DNA of 64,000 nucleotides from Candidatus Poribacteria bacterium (GTDB taxonomy: Bacteria > Poribacteria > WGA-4E > JAJDTR01), in the NCBI GenBank assembly GCA_965222225.1, contig CBDCTK010000002.1, forward strand, positions 4,288,001 through 4,352,000, read 5' to 3'. Shown here piece by piece: positions 61,807 through 64,000 of the stretch. A program made the position numbers and the translations under genes. Under the pieces are notes generated by a model. It was not told the origin of the DNA and ran no database searches. It worked only from the letters and a program-made list of their open reading frames with translations. How positions within the stretch are numbered: position 1 is the first letter of the stretch; each line of letters opens with the position of its first letter.

Positions 61807-62032
61807 TGATTACCCCAAAACTAGACAGTTGAATAGGAGATCAATTCGACTAGAAAAATGGTCATCATATGAGCGAAAATAGGACTCGAAACCCCAAGAA
61901 AAAGAAAGGCGTTTCTCCACCATGTCCCGTAGAAAACAGCGTGATGGCCGATTCAAAGCGCAAGTGGCGTTTGAAGCTATCAAGAATCAGCAAACTATCA
62001 GTCAGATTGCCAGTGAATACGATGTCAATCCA
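61807..62032 (+). mobile_element. IS3-family remnant (left end plus truncated orfA)
   Basis: TGATTACCCCAAAACTAGACA terminal repeat; orfA from 61922 reads MSRRKQRDGRFKAQVAFEAIKNQQTISQIASEYDVNP and then loses homology. Confidence 0.75.
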
Positions 62033-62321
62033 GCATCATCCCTTCCCATAACAACCTCCCTATTGCAGCAACAGCGTATAACAGTTGCAATTAACCTCTT
62101 AGGGAATTTTACCATAATGCAAATAGGAAAGCACTAAGGATTAATGAGTTTTTTGATAATCACGTTTCCCCTGTGTTGTTCGGTTACATCTGCCTGTGGC
62201 ATAACCGTTTGCACATTTTCACCTATTCCCATTAGCATTCTTTATGATAACATACGTTCGCATTAAACCTACAACCCGCAAACTAGTAGTCGCCAAAAAT
62301 CATGTGTGACGTGAAACTGTA

Positions 62322-62723
62322 TTGGAGCATTTGAAGATGATTCAAACCGTCATAAACCGATTGGCATGGAACAGTCTCTTGATTAAAGGCTGGAGCATGA
62401 CGCTCATAGTGGCTATGGTGTTGGTCGCGAGGAAGGATGTGGAAAACCCATATTTTGTCATTCCCCTAATTCTTCCCGCCCTAGTATTCTGGTTTTTGGA
62501 CGGATATTTCCTGCAGCAAGAAAGGTTGTTTAGAAAATTGTACGACGAGATTAGAGGCGAATGCGACACGGATTACAATATGGGTGTTGGTAGGTACAAC
62601 ACTGAAGTACGTTGGTTAAAGACAACCTTTTCAAGGACGTTAATTCCTTTCTATTTGATGGAGATTGCCATAGTAGTTTTTCTGTTTTTTGTAGTTGGCG
62701 CGAACACTTCTCCGACGACATAA
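62322..62723 (+). CDS. Small 3-TM membrane protein of a defence-island-associated family
   Basis: HLKMIQTVINRLA.NS..IKGW, FWFLDGYFL.QERLFR.LYD.IR, FS.TL..FY. The nearest ATG (62302) is out of frame. Confidence 0.6.
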   Translation: MEHLKMIQTVINRLAWNSLLIKGWSMTLIVAMVLVARKDVENPYFVIPLILPALVFWFLDGYFLQQERLFRKLYDEIRGECDTDYNMGVGRYNTEVRWLKTTFSRTLIPFYLMEIAIVVFLFFVVGANTSPTT

Positions 62724-63184
62724 CCAGCTCGTTATACAGAGGCACAATGAATTCAGCTTTAGAGGAGTCACCGCCGCACACGTGACCAGGACTCACGGGG
62801 CTTCCTCTCGCTTGGAGTCTGGAGCATCAAAGCCTGCGCCGTTACATTCAGTAACGTTAAAATCCCGCTGATAATCCGCAACAAGCACTACAAACACGAA
62901 GCAATATATTCCTCAATCGCCATCATGACCGGCCTACATCTATAATCTCAAAAAACTGCAATTCGCTGGCCTTGCGATCCTGATTCGTTTTTTTAACTCC
63001 GACAGACATGAATTGTGGTTAATTACAAGACTGTACAGTAACGTGGACAAATTCCGTGGTATTTCCAGTGCGCGATGGGCCCGATACTGCTTGGCGACCC
63101 GCGGACACTCCTAGAGAACTGAGCCCTGACTTTCGAGACGTTTAGCCAAGCGAATGAATTGGGTTAGAATAAGGAGAGATAGAG

Positions 63185-63928
63185 ATGAAACGGATTTTGT
63201 TTACTTTTGTTGTAGTGGTTACAGCACTTAATCTAGCGATTGCGCAAACGGGTAAAATCTATCCGGTGACAATAAATTCCGCTGAGCAGGTGTATGATGG
63301 TGACACCATTCAAGATGTAATGCTTAAAGTCTCGGATGCGTCTACTGCGTATGGTGAAGTGTGGCCGGGGGTTTATAAGCGTCCAGATGGAATCTATGTC
63401 AAGTTTGATTTACGCATAAATGGGATAGATACCCCGGAAATACGCCCAAGTCTAAAATCCCGCGATGGTACATCAAGGACAAAAGCTAGTCGTGATGCAG
63501 AAAAGAACATGGCATTGCAGGCAAGGTTGTTTGTAATTGACGTGCTTAAAACCAACAGTAATCGATTTAGCGTAGAGAATCCAAAGTTAGGTAAATATGC
63601 CGGACGTATGGTTGCTGATGTGAAGGTCGGCGAAATCAATCTTGCGGATTACCTTCTACAATCTGGTCTCGCCAAACCCTACAACGGAGGACAAAAGCCT
63701 TCATGGGACAAAAGCATCAACACCGCACGGCAAACTAGCAAGGTAACAAGACAACACGTCGGCCAAGCCCAACAAGAAAGCACCTCGTCCGAAAGTGTAT
63801 ACATTACAGGAAAAGGAAAAAAATATCATAGGAAGGGGTGTCGCTACCTGAAACACGACATCAAAATGCTGACACCGCAAAAAACGGAGAAAAATGGGTA
63901 TTCGCCTTGCTCCGTTTGCAACCCGTAA
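63185..63928 (+). CDS. Secreted thermonuclease (SNase) with a C-terminal Ada-like zinc-binding domain
   Basis: Signal peptide; VYDGDTI, LRINGIDTPE, GKYAGR, GLA; VYIT..GKKYH..GC...GY.PC.VC.P; RBS AAGGAG. Confidence 0.88.
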   Translation: MKRILFTFVVVVTALNLAIAQTGKIYPVTINSAEQVYDGDTIQDVMLKVSDASTAYGEVWPGVYKRPDGIYVKFDLRINGIDTPEIRPSLKSRDGTSRTKASRDAEKNMALQARLFVIDVLKTNSNRFSVENPKLGKYAGRMVADVKVGEINLADYLLQSGLAKPYNGGQKPSWDKSINTARQTSKVTRQHVGQAQQESTSSESVYITGKGKKYHRKGCRYLKHDIKMLTPQKTEKNGYSPCSVCNP

Positions 63929-64000
63929 TGAATTACTCTGTCGTTGGTTAAGTTGCGGAGTCAAATCACGGATTATAGATGGCAAGCGATTTGGGGAAGG

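Noticed and set aside
55036-63928. Prophage
   Set aside because: No structural, terminase or integrase genes; content fits a decayed defence island.

Overview
Bacterial window whose gene content matches Candidatus Poribacteria (inference). It has eight phytanoyl-CoA dioxygenase (PhyH) paralogs plus one other 2OG-Fe(II) oxygenase, four secreted LamG proteins ending in a shared V-x3-(G/D)K-x3-(T/S)WG-x-(L/I)K tail, two secreted WD40 proteins starting with GLPEGA-ARLGKG, and two DUF6785-type membrane proteins. Bases 1 to ~55,030 are carbohydrate/oxidoreductase catabolic genes: GH36, GH2, sialidase-like, Gfo/Idh/MocA, SDR, a fused E1 alpha-beta plus E2 dehydrogenase, an enolase-superfamily dehydratase, and a GmhA/HldE-kinase/HAD/DHS-like cluster. 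From ~55,030 the DNA becomes an AT-richer, decaying defence-island-like mosaic: DNA methyltransferase fragment, 4TM + HD-like + GIY-YIG cassette, PHP-ABC ATPase of Ppl/TrlF type, dead HNH fragment, IS3 remnant and thermonuclease. The most striking non-coding signal is a ~35-bp element (CTATCGC...TTGATC) present about 12 times, sitting in GTAG-type REP palindromes and nested inside copies of itself. Several gene relics carry microhomology-type internal deletions. No rRNA, tRNA or CRISPR array was seen. All family assignments come from motif recognition by eye, not database searches.
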